Source: the human T2T-CHM13v2.0 reference genome, Homo sapiens
DNA: 64,000 bases
Assembly (NCBI RefSeq): GCF_009914755.1
Contig: NC_060927.1
Reading direction: 5' to 3' (one strand)
Shown: positions 20,926 through 33,419 of the stretch, piece after piece
Layout of the letters: the number at the start of each line of letters is the position of its first letter
Position numbering within the stretch: the first letter of the stretch is position 1
Notes under the pieces: model-generated
What the model was told of the DNA's origin: nothing
The model's input: only the letters and a program-made list of their open reading frames with translations
The model's database searches: none
Position numbers and translations under genes: made by a program

Positions 20926-21184
20926 CTAATTTGTGGATCAGGAGACTGCAGGGCCATAGCTGATCTTGATAAAGAGGACAAAGTCTGCCTGCAATCTAGC
21001 AAGTGTGCCTCTTGTGACAGCCCAGAACTCAGCATGGGTGAGACACCAAAGTCTTCATCTTGGACCTGAGGAGATCTAAAAAGTGGGGCAGGTTATTTAT
21101 AGGCTTGCAAGTTTCATAGATACGTTTGGTGTGAGAATAGTCCACATTTCATTATCACACATCATGGAAATGAAAAAAAAAATC
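20926..21184 (-). pseudogene. Fossil gene exon (259 nt, probable slip in T10 run)
   Basis: ttgtcttctatggatctatAG|...ttag|GTGGCA; NVDYSHTKRIYETCKPINNLPHFLDLLRSKMKTLVSHP...LLIHKL. Confidence 0.5.
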
Positions 21185-21402
21185 CTATAGATCCATAGAA
21201 GACAAAGTTTTGCAGTCAGGGAGGCAGACTATGTCAGGAATTCGATCAATCCTACACTTCCCCAACCCTAGGAAACTGAGGGAAGCCCCTCCCACCAGGT
21301 TCCAGGCTCAGCCTTCCAGCTGCGCACCCTGTGCAGCTACTTTAAGCCCTCACACCCACCTCCAGAGTCACACCAGCCCCACAGGGAAGGAAACCCCCTC
21401 AC

Positions 21403-21596
21403 AGATTTGCTATCCACAGCCTTCATTTGAAACAGCCTCTTTGGCCATTCCTCACACTTTCTTTCATTCTGTTTACGCTGCTTGTTTTGGGGGGTGATTT
21501 TGGCTCTCCACCCTGGCCACATGGCCTCAGGCTGCTTCAAGCAAACAGCCCTCCCCCATCTGACCTGACTGTGATCCTTGTACCCTGGCTCCACTC
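21403..21596 (-). pseudogene. Fossil gene exon (194 nt, phase 0-2)
   Basis: ttctacttacAG|...ct|GTGAGG; EWSQGTRITVRSDGGGLFA*SSLRPC...RGCFK*RLWIAN. Confidence 0.55.
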
Positions 21597-21693
21597 CTGT
21601 AAGTAGAACTATCTCCAGTCCTGAGAGTGGCATCAGGCCACCTACCATCAGTCCCAGGCCCAGGGGCACTCCTTCCTGAGTCCCTTGTCCCAC

Positions 21694-22027
21694 CTTCTTA
21701 ACACCATGGAAGCACCTTCCCAGCATTACTGTACCCATAAGGCTGCTGAAAGAAGAGGCCTCAGCCTTGGAGACCGAGAGCTGACTGATGCCATAGGGCT
21801 GACCCCAGTCGCTCCCTGCCCTGAAGCCTTTGCTGGGGTATTTTTCTGGCATATTAATGCAGTTTGTAATGTCCCAGCTGTGGCTCTGAGAAGAGGCGGA
21901 ATGAATGGTGTTTTTGGTTTGCTGCCAGACGAGGGTGATCCGCATCCAAGGACACGTTCCTTATGTGATAAACACTGCTCCTCTGGCCATCTCTGGCAAT
22001 AGTGAGCTCAAATAGCAGAAAACTCGT
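21694..22027 (-). pseudogene. Fossil gene exon (334 nt, phase 2-0)
   Basis: cttgccattcacAG|...AAG|GTGGGA; RVFCYLSSLLPEMARGAVFIT*GTCPWMRITLVWQQ...LGRCFHGVKK. One stop in 111 codons; same frame as ORF 21337..21945. Confidence 0.65.
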
Positions 22028-22441
22028 CTGTGAATGGCAAGGATTGCTGAAAAGTAACTCTCTGCCACTCCAAGGGGATATGCTATCAGGGAAAATACCC
22101 CTCTGCAAAGACATGCAGAATCTATGTTCCAGCCCCTTGGAGGCCTGCTCTCAGGAAGCCAGCTGGAAGCCAGGCCCAGACTGGGGCTGCACCAGAGAAG
22201 GAGGCAGCAGCTGTTACCAGATAATTAAAGTTAGGCCAAGTACAGATGAGTTCAGGAGGCTGATGTGAGAGTCAGGGTCAGGCAGGACATGAATCAGCTC
22301 AGGCCTGTAAAAAACCATTAGCTGTCAACAAAGGACAGGAACAGCCTATCTAAGCACTGTTCAAAGGTAAGAAAACTCTTAACTGTAGGGACATAACGAG
22401 TCTTCCTTCACAGAGCACCAACACCAGATCCTCTCTCTCAC

Positions 22442-22610
22442 TCCCAATTGGCTTCGACTGGAGTCTGTTTTGGAGATACTGAGGAATCCCTGTGTCTCTT
22501 GTTATCAGATAATTTAACTAACAGGAAGCTCTTTTTCCTAGCTTGTGACATGATGAATGGATCAATGGGTGACTTCGTGAATAAGAGAGGGAAGTAGAAA
22601 CAGGTGTACT
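22442..22610 (-). pseudogene. Fossil gene exon (169 nt, phase 1-2)
   Basis: ttctatccatAG|...tggga|GTGAGA; fully open YTCFYFPLLFTKSPIDPFIMSQARKKSFLLVKLSDNKRHRDSSVSPKQTPVEANW. Confidence 0.65.
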
Positions 22611-23129
22611 CTATGGATAGAACCAATAGCAAAGATTTTGTTTAAGGACAGTTGGACTTATCAAACTGTCTCTAGAACCATACTGACAGTGAGTTTCAGG
22701 AATGCCCCAGTGAAGCTAGGGGTACAATCTTCATAGACTTCATGGACCAAGGGCAACAGTCATAACAACAGCAATCAGTTAGAGAGTTGAGAGTTAAACA
22801 GTTAGAGAGTTGCTGCTATGGTCAAGAATTGTGTTACATGCTGTATTAGGATTCTTGCTGCTGAGTAAAAAAACCCAGCTCAAATGGACACATTGGATAT
22901 CAACCTTTACCAAAATTCATTTGAAAATAAACTTTTTGTTTTAAAATATTTGGTTTCTCTACAAGGCTCAAATCCTCTAAGGTTTATAGAGATAGGAGGA
23001 GAAAGGTAAGACAGACTTTGCATTTTATCATGCCTATAAAGTGTTTTAGCATGCTGAGTTGTAAGCCAAAAATCTACCACCATAACGATCATACCACTAT
23101 TTGTTGGGTCCTTTCCATGTATCAAACCA

Positions 23130-23290
23130 CTGAACCCAAACAACTTTGCAAAGGGTAATTTTGTCATAGACGAAGATTACGGTTCAGAGAGGTTAAGCAA
23201 ATTTCCCAAGATCATTAAGCCATACGTGACAGAGATGGAATTTGAGCCCAGGTGTCTCTGACCCCCAAAGCCCATGTGTTTTCCACCATA
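23130..23290 (-). mobile_element. MIR
   Basis: ggttcagagaggttaagcaaatttcccaagatca. Confidence 0.65.
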
Positions 23291-23381
23291 GCGTGTTGGT
23301 CAAATAGTCATTGGCGTCTATTGCTATTTGCAGTTTGAATTTGGTTGTGAGGAGGGGATGGGGGTTATAAACACACAATGG

Positions 23382-23690
23382 GGCCAGGTGCGGTGGCTCA
23401 CGCCCGTAATCCCAGCACTTTGGGAGGCTGAGGCAGGCAGATCACGAGGTCAGGAGATCGAGACCATCCTGGCTAACATGGAGAAACACTGTCTCTACGA
23501 AAAATACAAAAAAATTAGCTGGGCATGGTGGCGGGCACCTGTAGTCCCAGCTACTCAGGAGGCTGAGGCAGGAGAATGATGTGAACCTGGGGGGGCGGAG
23601 CTTGCAGTGAGCTGAGATCGTGCCACTGCACTCCAGCCTGGGCAACAGAGCGAGACTCCATCTCAAATAAATAAATAAAAATAAAAAATT
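23382..23690 (+). mobile_element. Alu (Y/Sc-like)
   Basis: TSD taaaYacacaatg. Confidence 0.95.
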
Positions 23691-23750
23691 AATAAATACA
23701 CAATGATATCCCCAAATTTCTCATTGTTTCTATGGCTCACAGAACCTCAC

Positions 23751-24013
23751 CCAAGACACCGTGGATCTTCTATTAGTTGGGTGTGCACGAGACATTTTTC
23801 AGCCTTAGGAGGTCTTGAGGGCTCCAGTGTAGGTACATGCTCTGATTGCAAGGAGGGAGGTGTCCACCTGTGCCCTCTGCATGGAAGGGATTGTCACTCT
23901 GTATGGCCATCAAAGGGTGGAATGCTTAAAGTATTGCCCTTCTTGCCATTCTAGCAGGATTTTCTTGGAGAGGGGCTGCCCAAGCCTTGAGAAGTTTTCT
24001 TATCTTTCATCTT
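23751..24013 (-). pseudogene. Fossil gene exon (263 nt, phase 2-1)
   Basis: tttcgttttcttttgagttAG|...ttgg|GTGAGG; R*KIRKLLKAWAAPLQENPARMARRAIL*AFHPLMAIQSDNPFHAEG...KIHGVL. Confidence 0.65.
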
Positions 24014-24531
24014 CTAACTCAAAAGAAAACGAAATGAATTTCTGTTAACATCTAGTGTCCCCTGGCCCTGAACATTCTCCTATCCTTCTCTTCCCAGGTA
24101 ACACAGTGGTGTAGGGCGGCGGCTCACTCAGTTGGAGGAAACCACACCTTCAAGCAACATCCTCTCCTCGGAACGAGCTTTAAAGGTCTTATGGTTTCAC
24201 TCTGGGCTCATCTAACTCAGTCTACATAGTTCCTCCAGAGGATACTTACACATGGGTGAATGTTGCCCCTTTCATTCATTTATTCACTGAGTATTTACTG
24301 AGCACCTACTATCTGCCAGATACTATTCTAGGTGCCAAGAATACTTGTGTGAATAAGACAGAAAGGTCTCTATCTCAATGAAATTTATATTGTGATAAAA
24401 GAGATAGACAATAATTAAACAAGTAGTGAGATAATTTAAATGTTTGACTAGTGCTATGGACAAAAGAAATATAGTGATTAGATAGAGAGTAACACAGGGT
24501 GCAGGAGAACCTGCTTTAGAAAGAGTGCTCA

Positions 24532-24860
24532 GGGCCAGGCAAGGTGGCTTATGCATGTAATCTCAGCATTTTGGGAAGCCGAGACAGGGGGATCACTTGA
24601 GGCCAGGAGTTCAATACCAGCTTGGACACCATAGCAAGGCCCCATCTCTACAAAAACATAAGAAAAATTAGCCAGGCCTGGTGGTGTACACCTGTAGCCC
24701 CAGCTACTTGGGAGGCTGAGGTGGGAGGATCGCTTGAGGCCGGGACTTCAAGGATGCAATGAGGTATGATCGTGCTACTGAACTCCAGCCTGGGTGACAC
24801 AGTGGGGCCCTGTCTCTAAGGAAAAAAGAAAAGAAAAGAAAAGGAAAGGAAAGGAAAGAA
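24532..24860 (+). mobile_element. Alu (J)
   Basis: Diverged full Alu with GAAAA tail. Confidence 0.9.
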
Positions 24861-25206
24861 AGCTTGCTGAGAAAAAGCCTCCCCAAGAAGTTGATATTTG
24901 AGCAGAGATCTGAAGGTTGACAAAGACCCAGTCTTACAAGAGTCAGTAGAAGAACATTCTAGGCAGGGAGAACAGGAAGTAGGCAGGAAACTGGGACAGT
25001 CAAGCAAAAGCAGCTGCAGCTTAGTGAGCAAGAGAGAGTAGTCAGTTGTAACGAAAGAGGAAGACAGGGACTAGGTCATGGAGGCTTTTCTAGGCCATGG
25101 TTAGTAGTTTGAAGTTTATTCTACATGAAGAAGGAAAATAATAGAAGATTTAAGTAGGGCAGTGACATGCATGATTAGATTTAAATGTTTAAAAATCCAC
25201 TCTTGT

Positions 25207-25514
25207 GGCCGGGCGCGGTGGCTCACGCCTGTAATCCCAGCACTTTGGGAGGCTGAGATTGGTGGATCACCTAAGGTCCAGAGTTTGAGACCAGCCTGGC
25301 CAACATGGTGAAACCTCGTCTCTACTAAAAGTACAAAAAAACTTAGCTGGGCATGGTGGTACACGCCTATAGTCCCAACTACTCAGGGAGGCTGAGGCAT
25401 GAGAATCACTTGATCCCAGAAGGCAGAGGTTGCAGTGAGTCAAGATAGCGCCACTGCACTCCAGCCTGGGGGACAGAGGGAGACTCCATCTCAAAAAAAA
25501 AAAAAAAAAAAAAA
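25207..25514 (+). mobile_element. Alu (S)
   Basis: Full Alu. Confidence 0.95.
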
Positions 25515-26705
25515 GAAATCCATCCTCGTGATGTAGAAAACAGACTAAACAGGGAAGTGGAAGAAGGGAGGCCAGATAGGAGGGTTTGACTGTAGTCCAG
25601 GCAAAAGATTATGGCGCCTTGGACTGGGGGTGACAGCAGAGATGGCAGGAAGAGGATGCATTTGGGATATATTCTTCAGGTAGAATTGGCAAGACTTTGT
25701 CATGAGCTGAATGCAGGCGGGGAGGACGAGGAAGAAATCTAAAACGATTCCTCAATGTGGGGTTTAAGCAACTGTTTGGAAGATTATGCTCTTTATTATA
25801 TAATTTAACAAACTATATGGAAAAAATTGGAAAAAAAAACAGATGGTGAAGATGGGGCAGGGAAATTTGGGCATATTAAGATGCCTATTAGAGGTCCATG
25901 TAAAGTTGCCGGTGGCAATTGGATTCATGATTCTGGGGCCCAGATGAAATATTTGGGCTAAAGGTACACATTTGGAAGTCACCCCCTTAGGAGAAGTTAA
26001 AGCCATGAAACGGAAAAAGAGAGAAGACCCAGGACAGGACTTGGGGCATAAGTTCATTTAAAGGTTGGATAGCAGAAATAGCCAGTTTTAATGATACATT
26101 GAGCAAGAGGGAAGCACGCAGTGTAATCAGAAAACCACTTTATTCTTTTCCTCCACTACCTGTTCAAGCCATCCCCTCCATGGAACTAGTTGTTCCCTGC
26201 TCCCTTGAACAAAACTGAAGGGGATTGTGTGACTTTTGTGGACATTCTTAAATAATATAAAGCCATCTGGTCACTGCTGGTCACACACACATAGAGAGAG
26301 AAAGAGAGAGTCTCATTTCAATAAGCGTTATGAATGGTAATAAGAAAGTATTCCAAATTCATGAAGAGTTGAGGCTCTCTGCTCCAGCCTGGCTGCCTCC
26401 AGTGGGAGTCAGCTGTCCTCTATTTCACCTGAAATGTGACGTCCTCTTTCCCAGCTCATTTGGCTGCCTCTGGTTCCTCTAGAATGGAAGCAGAGTGGGG
26501 AGGTAGAAAGGGACAGGGCAGGAAAGATCCTACGTGGCTAGTCTTGTCGTAAACTAATAAGAGCTGTCTGGGCTTTCCAGGCATCTAGAGCTTATTCTTT
26601 CTCTTTTGGGACAATATTATGGTTTCTTCAGACTCATCTTTGGAAATCTTACAATGGCAGTTCCCATGCTGTAAGTAAATGCATCTCCTAGGGCTGGTCA
26701 CTTAC

Positions 26706-27029
26706 AATTCCTCTTTCACTGCCTTGGAATCTAATAGTACATCTCCAACACTTGTTTGTGGTTGGGTTTTTTTCTCCAAGCAGCCCTCCTGGGCAGGATC
26801 TAAGAAAACCTCAAGCTTGCTTGCTTTCTCTGTGAGTGCTACCTCAGGCCCGTGGGAAGCACTCATAAGCATCATTTGCCCCAACATAGCACCATCTCTT
26901 CTCCCTGCCATTAGAACAGCTAGCCGGCCAAGGGCAGACTCTAGTCCACTGTGATCCACCTTCTAAGTGCTCCCCAGTAAAGCCCCTTTCCCTACACTGG
27001 TCAGGAGGGGCAAGCATCCCCCACTGCTT
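26706..27029 (-). pseudogene. Fossil gene exon (324 nt, needs one frameshift)
   Basis: tttttccccatcgtacAG|...gaatt|GTAAGT; KQWGMLAPP.../fs/DHSGLESALGRLAVLMAG...LLDSKAVKEE. Confidence 0.6.
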
Positions 27030-27098
27030 CTGTACGATGGGGAAAAACTCATAGGGCACATCTCTCTAAACAAATTTTCTCTCCAATTTCTTACGCAC

Positions 27099-27226
27099 CT
27101 TGGTCTCATTAATCTCTTTTATAAGCTGGAGGTGTTTAATCAACCAAGGGACATAAAATTCATTCTTGGCCATGCTATAAGTCCTGGCCAATCGTCTCAC
27201 TCCTCACTTGGTGAGAATCATTTGCT
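27099..27226 (-). pseudogene. Fossil gene exon (128 nt, phase 1-0)
   Basis: tttttgtcttcccaatgcaattAG|...AAG|GTGCGT; QMILTK*GVRRLARTYSMAKNEFYVPWLIKHLQLIKEINETK. Confidence 0.65.
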
Positions 27227-27479
27227 CTAATTGCATTGGGAAGACAAAAATTTAGGACAAAATAGGATGTTTTAAAATCCTGTGTACCCAATGCAGTAAA
27301 CTGACAAACAAGCAGAAGAGAAAGTCAAGCCAGGAGATGTAGTAGAAGCTAATGGGTGCTCAATTATGTCAAATGTTTCTAAAAGGAGGAACACATTGAA
27401 GACAAAGAAATGCTCACTGGATTTGAAGCCTTGTGCAATTCCATTTCAATGTAGTGTTGGGAATAAAAGGTAGATGTAA

Positions 27480-28265
27480 ATGTTAGTTACTTCCCAGACT
27501 CTATTCACCCCTTTTTCCTTGCAAAAAGAACCCCTACTGCCAGCTCCAGTGTAAATCCTGACTGGTTTAAACCAAGACACCATGATCTACTTTTCTTTGC
27601 CAATGGCTATGTGATACCATTATTCTGGCCAACAAGATGTGAGGGGATGTCTGTTGAAGGATTTCTGTGGAGGCCTCTTTTTTTTTTTTTTTTTTTTTGA
27701 GACAGTCTCACTCCGTTGCCCAGGCTAAAGTGCAATGGCGTGATCTTGGCTTACCATAGCCTCCGCCTCCTGGGTTCAAGCGATTCTCCTGCCTCAGCCT
27801 CCTGAGTAGCTGGGATTATAGGCATGCACCACGATGCCCAGCTAATTTTTGTATTTTTAGTGGAGACAGGGTTTCTCTGTGTTGGCCAGGCTGGTCTTGA
27901 ACTCCTGACCTCAGGTGATCCACCCACCTCAGCCTCCCAAAGTGCTGCGATTACAGGAGTGAGCCACCGCGCCTGGCCGGAGGTATCATTTTGTCTTAAA
28001 AAGAGACACAAGAAGATCTCTGCCCTTCTCCCATTAGCTATTGTCATTTCTGCCTGTGACCCCTAGTTCTGTGGAAACCACCTTGGCACAAGCCTGAGGA
28101 TAAAGCCAACCCCCTAGAGGAGGGCGGAGTCAAGGGAATTGCCAGAGCCCCTGTCTGGAGCCTGCTCCACCTGTGGAGTTCTTGTCACTTGAGCCAATGA
28201 ATTCCCCATCTTACTCTACACAGTTGATTCAGAGTTCTCTATTATTTAATACCAAAAGCATCCCA
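27480..28265. mobile_element. MLT1-type MaLR LTR relic split by Alu
   Basis: Typical MLT1 motifs (ttctggccaacaagatgtgagggga; gagttctctattattt..ccaaaagcatcc). Confidence 0.55.
27677..27978 (-). mobile_element. Alu (S)
   Basis: Full Alu. Confidence 0.95.
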
Positions 28266-28501
28266 CAGAAAAAGAGTAGGCCGAAGGGAGGTAAAGAATT
28301 GCAGGCAGAGTAACTCTTCTGAGTTGGTTTTCTGGAAAGAGGGACAGAGACATGGTCTGTCAGCTGGAGGGATACGAGGGATCTAGTGAAGGCTTTTCTA
28401 AACATGAGAGATATAGTAGCCAGTTTTTAAGGAGGTGGGAAGGATTCCATAGAAATAGGAGATGGCACAGCCACAGGAACAAGCATCCTCTTGCCACTCA
28501 C

Positions 28502-29163
28502 TGAAAGTGCAAAGCCTTTCCTGGAGTCTTCTTTTTTGTGTTTTTTTAATTTTTGTTTTTGTGTGGTTTTGTTTGTTTGTTTGTTTGTTTGTTTGAGATG
28601 GAGTCTCACTCATCACCCAGGCTGGAGTGCAATAGCAAGATCTTGGCTTACTACAACTTCCGCCTTCCAGGTTCAAGCAATTCTGCCTCAGCCTCCCGAG
28701 TAGCTGGGATTACAGGGGCCAACCAGCATGCCTGACTAATTTTTGTATTTTTAGCAGAGACAGGTTTCACGATGTTGGCCAGTTGAACTCCTGGCCTCAA
28801 GTGATCCACCCACCTCAGCCTCTCAAAGTGCTGGGATTATAGGCATGAACCACCGCACCCCCGGCCATCCTTTCCTGGAGTGTTCTGCACTGATCTTGCT
28901 GATGCCCCTACATGGAAGAGCTGCCAGTTTTCACACTATTGTGACTATAACTGGTTGCATGGCTCCCTCCCCAGTGAACTGTTGATGGAATCCCTCCAGC
29001 CATCTTTGAGCTCTTTCTTTGTCCGGAGAAGAGGCTGATCCCTCCAGGGCTGATCTACATCTCCAGGATAACCTCTGCTCCAGAGGGGCTGACGGGAGCC
29101 CAGCTTTTTATTCTCTCGAGGTTCTTCCCAAGAAAAGCCCAATCTTATAAACTGTTACTTCCC
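28502..29163 (-). pseudogene. Fossil gene exon interrupted by Alu
   Basis: ctgtatttctttgttAG|...ttca|GTGAGT; EVTVYKIGLFLGRTSRE*KAGLPSAPLEQRLSWRCRSALEGSASSPDKERAQRWLEGFHQQFTGEGAMQPVIVTIV*KLAALPCRG/fs/[16 protein letters not shown]. Confidence 0.65.
28530..28865 (-). mobile_element. Alu inserted in fossil exon
   Basis: TSD cctttcctggagt on both sides. Confidence 0.95.
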
Positions 29164-29429
29164 CTAACAAAGAAATACAGATTATCCAAGAATCTAGCTT
29201 GCAGTTACTTGGTTTGTCTTCCAAGCTGGACCTACCCCTAAGCCCCACCTCATCAGGGGGTGTAGACCAGCTCAACCTAATGAAGTTTGTTGTTACTTAA
29301 CCCTCCCCTTAACATTCGACTTCCCAATTATAATTGCACAAAAAAATATATACACCTATGCCTGTTGCAGTATTAACCCCTCTCCCCCAAAGGTGGGGAG
29401 CTTGGCTTCCCAGTCAGCTGCTCTCTCAC

Positions 29430-29732
29430 TTTCCTAGTCACTTGAATTCATATGCAAATTAACTCAAGGTACAAGGTCTCTCCCCAGGGGAACAGAAACA
29501 TTCAGTCTCAGCTGGGGTATGAGCTATATCAGGCCACATATTTACTGAACATCTAAATAATGATCTAAAAGGGCATTGCTGTGAAGCATTTCCAGTAGAA
29601 ATATGACAACAATGCAAAGGACCAAATCGAGAACAACGTTGATTTGCCTTTCTATTGCTTCCTGTCCAGAGTAACGATTTGTTCCATATTTCACTTCCCC
29701 TCCTCATTTACCAGTACAAGAAGATATTTAAC
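29430..29732 (-). pseudogene. Fossil gene exon (303 nt, phase 1-1) with hydrophobic segment
   Basis: cattttAG|...gaaa|GTGAGA; GEVKYGTNRYSGQEAIERQINVVLDLVLCIVVIFLLEMLHSNALLDHYLDVQ; 6 in-frame stops overall. Confidence 0.55.
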
Positions 29733-29827
29733 CTAAAATGTTTAGCACCCATGCCATGAGGTACAATTATCTACACTCAAATAGAAACACCCGGTAAAAG
29801 CCAGTCAACTGAGTTTCATTTCCTTAC

Positions 29828-29899
29828 AAAATTTCAACAATTCGTTAACTAAAACATTACATTGACCAAAATATTTTAAACATCTAAAACTGGCTCCCC
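29828..29899 (-). pseudogene. Fossil gene exon (72 nt, phase 1-1)
   Basis: ccaacAG|...ttt|GTAAGG; open GASFRCLKYFGQCNVLVNELLKF. Confidence 0.6.
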
Positions 29900-30369
29900 C
29901 TGTTGGTTAAATTCAAATGGATGTACCAAGTCTTGTTTCATGACATTGAAATGGAGCGGGACCCCTTGCAGAGGACTGTGGGCCCCTCAAGCATGGACAT
30001 GAAGAAAAACCTTGAGTTTCTTCAAGGGAAATTCCAGGCACCTAGCTAACCCTGAAAAGTAAATGAGCAAATTGATAAGCAAGAAGGTAACGGTAGCTTA
30101 AAACAATAACCAAGGAAGTTAGAGTCGCAAGAATGTTTGGCTTCCGACAGAAACATCTTAACATATGTCCCTGAATTTTTCCAGAAACCTGGACCCCCAC
30201 CAAAGGGATCCACTGGCATGTGAACCTCAGACAAGGGGGAAACGAGGACTGAACTCCAACACCCCTTCTTTGTTCTAAATTTCTTCCTCAGGGTCCTGGC
30301 AGAGGTCACACCCACAAGCCAGTGCTAATGGTCTTTTCTGCTGATGCCAAGTTTTTAGCACCTCCTTAA

Positions 30370-31098
<729 letters not shown>

Positions 31099-31493
31099 TT
31101 AACCAATCACAAATCAGGAAATCTTTGAATTGACCTGTGACCTGTAAGATATCCTTCTCTTTCAGGCCTAGACAATGTATAGCCTCCATGTATTGATATA
31201 TGAATGTGCCTGTAACCTCTGTCTCCCTGCCTTTAACCTTTACCTATAAGCCATCTGGGGGGTTGGGTCTGGAGCATGAGCTACTCACTTCTCCTTGCCC
31301 GGCACCCTGCAAATAAACTCCTTTTCTCCCACTGCATACCTCAGTGTGGATGTTTTGGCCTTACTATGTCAAGCAAGCAGACCCCAGTTTGGTTCGATAA
31401 CAACATTTTCTACTAATGTAGTTTTGGCTAAAATTCAGACTGCGTAAGTAAAAAGAAATGAACAACATGGTCACTTAAAAAAACCTCTGCACT

Positions 31494-31784
<291 letters not shown>

Positions 31785-31788
31785 TTAC

Positions 31789-31848
31789 CTGGAAACATTA
31801 GAAATGAGATTTTTTTTTTCACTTCACTTAAGGCAGTAATTCAAACTA
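31789..31848 (-). pseudogene. Fossil gene exon (60 nt, phase 1-1)
   Basis: NAGNAG acceptor, consensus donor CAG|GTAAGT; [18 protein letters not shown]. Confidence 0.55.
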
Positions 31849-31890
31849 CTGAATCATGTGTGAAAATGTTAATAATTTTATGTTAAAACG

Positions 31891-32121
31891 TATTTTTATT
31901 TTCATTTATTTATTTATTTTTAGAGACAAGATTTCACTGTTACCCAGGCTGTGCCACTCATAGCTCACTACAGCCTTGAAATCCTGTGCTCAAGTGATCC
32001 TCCCACCTCAGCCTCCTGAGTAGCTAGGACAGGGTCTCCCTGTGTTGCCCAGGCTGGTCTTGAATTCCTGGCCTCAAGCAATTCTCCAGCCTCAGGCTCT
32101 CCATTAGTTGAGTTTACAAGC
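31891..32121 (-). mobile_element. Degenerate Alu (J) with deletions
   Basis: Partial arms. Confidence 0.8.
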
Positions 32122-32135
32122 TATTCAAGCATTTT

Positions 32136-32168
32136 GCATTTGATCTGAGCCAAAGGCCAAGAAGTGAT
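32136..32168 (-). pseudogene. 3'-truncated U2 snRNA retrocopy (first about 33 nt)
   Basis: Minus strand ATCACTTCTTGGCCTTTGGCTCAGATCAAATGC vs U2 5' end ATCGCTTCTCGGCCTTTTGGCTAAGATCAAGTGT. Flanked by att(c/a)aagcatttt at 32123-32135 and 32169-32181. Confidence 0.85.
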
Positions 32169-32186
32169 ATTAAAGCATTTTCATAC

Positions 32187-33370
32187 TCATTTTATTTTCC
32201 AGGCATAGTATATTAAAGACTGCACCTGAACCTACTTCACACTTTAAGATTTAGCTGCCTCAGCCCTATGCACCCGCGTCTTAGCAAGCATGACTGTAGC
32301 CACCATAGCCACCAGTTACCTGGGCATGTCAGCAGCTTCAGAATTTTTGAAGCTGTCCTCACCCTCTTATCTTGATTTAACATTCTTCTAATTCTAACTA
32401 CCCAATTTGTCTCTCCTCTCACCTTCAGGCCATCAAGCTCCAGATGATTTTCAGTAAGGGATACCATCCTCTCAATATTCCAGAGGCACCATTCTACAGG
32501 GGACCCCTAGACTGCCCATCAGTGGGACAGGAAGGAGGTGAAACCCTGTCCGTTTCCCTTGGACATGGCTAGATACTAGTTTCACTAACTCACAGAGTCA
32601 CCCTTCTGCACTGACAGCTAGCAAGAGGTCAAGACCCACAGAACCACCATTGCCCCATTGTCAGTGGGAAGCAATTACAGAAAACTGACCTTTATCCATT
32701 TTCCCTGAAAGATTTGGAGTCTTGGGCTCTTGAGGCAGGGAGGTGTTAGTGGTAGTTAGACAGGCGTGAGTGGGGCAGGAGAGGGCTCTCCCCCACCCAC
32801 GAGGAATGTCAGGTGGTGGTTCAGCAAGGATCACATTGTCTCTGTAAAAGCGATAAATTGGCAGCTGGCACCAGGAAGAGGCCATTTTCTGATGGTCCAC
32901 ACCTGTTGCACTAACGTGTTAATTGAATGCAGATGCCAGGGAGAAGCAACTTCCCGGGCATGTGCATTAAGAGACAAAATGGCAGAGTATGACTTTCTGG
33001 GGCACTCCACAGGAAAAGGGAAGGAAGCCTCAGATGGGCATGCATACAATTTCCTAAACACACTGTGCTTGCTCACCTCCCAAGGGTAAGGAGGGCACTG
33101 TGCATGTGGGCAGCCCACCCGAAGGGAAGAATCATGGGAAAGGAGCCAACGTGCAAAGTCCTAGGATCAAGGTTAAACACCGCACCTGACCTTCATGTGG
33201 CCACCTGGGTCTCTTCCAAGTGCATCTTTCTTTCCTATTCTAAAGTATTTTCTTAAACTCCTACTCCTGCTCTTAAAAAAATAATGTAGCTGCCTCAAAT
33301 TATTTCTTAGAGTTAAACAACTATTAATTAACTAGTGAATTTTGTGATGATCCGTCTATTCATGGGAGTC
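32187..33370 (-). pseudogene. Fossil gene exon interrupted by ERV retrocopy
   Basis: cattgtcAG| ... atga|GTatga. After removing the insertion the 3' part reads GSYILKCEVGSGAVFNILCLENKM (phase 1 end). The 5' part has several stops and does not match the phase of the upstream exon. Confidence 0.4.
32263..33281 (+). mobile_element. ERV1 (MER4-group) internal 3' end plus MER50-like LTR lacking U5
   Basis: Internal segment, PPT gaggcagggagg 32732-32743, LTR from TGTTAG 32744, ends in an A-run at the polyA site; TSD tagctgcctca. Confidence 0.8.
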
Positions 33371-33419
33371 CTGACAATGAACATCAACAATACATGGTTG
33401 TAGGAGACTGCTTTGGGGG

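Larger units (their letters stand above)
24270..26100 (-). mobile_element. L2 relic split by two Alus
   Basis: ttcattcatttattcac..tatttactgagcacctactat. Confidence 0.7.

Noticed and set aside
21694-21730. GRCFHG resembling the PARP/ART LFHG motif
   Set aside because: Four-residue resemblance only; no supporting downstream motifs seen.
21337-21945. 202-aa minus-strand ORF as an intact gene
   Set aside because: Its first part is the frame of a fossil exon with an upstream in-frame stop. The rest likely runs through an intron into another frame. No recognisable domain or promoter.
24075-24103. Polypyrimidine-CAG|GTAACA recursive-splice-like site on the plus strand
   Set aside because: No evidence of a plus-strand host transcript.
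29452-29823. Octamer ATGCAAAT and two TTTCNNTTCC (ETS-IRF-like) motifs as an enhancer
   Set aside because: Short motifs expected by chance, and they overlap fossil exon/intron sequence; no functional evidence.
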